From Anaerolineales bacterium (lineage in GTDB: Bacteria; Chloroflexota; Anaerolineae; Anaerolineales; E44-bin32), in assembly GCA_046537745.1 (NCBI GenBank), contig JBKHKF010000001.1, positions 1-34,828 of the forward strand: 34,828 nucleotides of DNA, read 5' to 3'. A model generated the notes under the pieces. It was given only the letters and a program-made list of their open reading frames with translations, was not told the origin of the DNA and did not search any database. Position numbers and translations under genes: made by a program. Position 1 is the first letter of the stretch; every line of letters begins with the position of its first letter. Shown piece after piece: positions 34,330 to 34,828 of this stretch.

Positions 34330-34828
34330 ATGGATGTTCTTGTTGCAGATGACCATTCACTGTTCCGGGACGGCATCGTCAGCCTGCTGGAAGCTGCCGG
34401 CCATCAAGTTGTCGGCCAGGTCGGCAATGGAGCCGAAGCCATTGAAGCCGCTGGGGAACTCGAGCCCGACCTAATCCTGATGGATCTCAACATGCCAGAG
34501 GTCAGCGGTATCGAAGCGCTGCGCGCCATCAAACGTGACCAACCCAGGATCCGGATCGTGATGTTGACCGTTTCCGAGGAAGATAGCGATCTACTGTCGG
34601 CAGCCCAAGCAGGCGCAGACGGCTACCTTCTCAAGAATCTTGATGGCGAGGAATTCATCGAGATGATGGATGGCCTGAAACGTGGCGAAGCCGCCATGAC
34701 CCGGAAGACGGCGGCCCGCTTGCTCCGGAAGATGTCTAGCCCAGAATCCGAATCCGATGATGGCCGGGACGAGTTAACAGAGCGCGAGCTCGAGCTGCTG
34801 CAGCTTGTTGCCCGGGGCTTATCCAACC
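34330..34828 (+). CDS. NarL/FixJ-family response regulator (3' end lies outside the window)
   Basis: Receiver domain: VLVADDHSLFRDG, LILMDLNMPEVSG, IVMLTVS, GADGYLLK. The LuxR-type HTH begins at LTERELELLQLVARGLSN. GGAGGAGAGG RBS upstream. The GTG at 34327 is an alternative start. Confidence 0.88.
   Translation, partial: MDVLVADDHSLFRDGIVSLLEAAGHQVVGQVGNGAEAIEAAGELEPDLILMDLNMPEVSGIEALRAIKRDQPRIRIVMLTVSEEDSDLLSAAQAGADGYLLKNLDGEEFIEMMDGLKRGEAAMTRKTAARLLRKMSSPESESDDGRDELTERELELLQLVARGLSN

Noticed and set aside
1-34828. Mobile-element, CRISPR or prophage signatures that would mark an accessory island
   Set aside because: Reading both strands, I found no integrase, transposase or recombinase motifs, no direct-repeat arrays, no tRNA attachment sites and no large compositional break. 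Only the short intergenic regions are AT-richer.

Overview
GC-rich bacterial chromosomal segment (roughly 60% GC by eye, not computed). Gene content suggests a Chloroflexota-like (Anaerolineae/Caldilineae-type) organism, but that is inference only. I saw no rRNA, tRNA, CRISPR array, transposase or integrase. Positions 1-21.3 kb are mostly housekeeping genes: a PAP2 phosphatase fragment, an LCP wall-polymer ligase, an ABC-F ATPase, selA, an M24 peptidase, tsaD, an ArsR-type regulator, a large HerA/FtsK-like ATPase preceded by an exported two-HKD PLD protein, a PhnD-like binding protein, a 5-FCL-like protein, tag, a YhhN protein, sixA, mutS2 and a fused E1 alpha/beta dehydrogenase. Positions 21.3-34.8 kb form a contiguous c-type cytochrome block with three parts. 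First, a complete System I maturation operon on the minus strand (ccmE-F-H-G, two non-canonical genes, ccmA-B-C and an untracked 58-aa ccmD) ending in a clean terminator. Second, a divergent, translationally coupled pair: a nine-haem cytochrome c and an FdnI/HydC-type cytochrome b with a C-terminal monohaem domain, resembling a split version of Geobacter CbcL. Third, a HisKA_3 sensor kinase with two CXXCH motifs in its extracytoplasmic loop, plus a NarL-type response regulator cut by the window edge. The best candidates for undescribed biology are: the ccm-embedded pair (a Zn-ribbon CcmI-motif protein and a dihaem lipoprotein with the same motif in its tail); a Cys-type CcmE co-occurring with CcmH; the split CbcL-like module with its haem-based two-component system; and, more speculatively, the PLD / HerA-like ATPase gene pair. 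All family calls come from motif recognition by eye. No searches were run.
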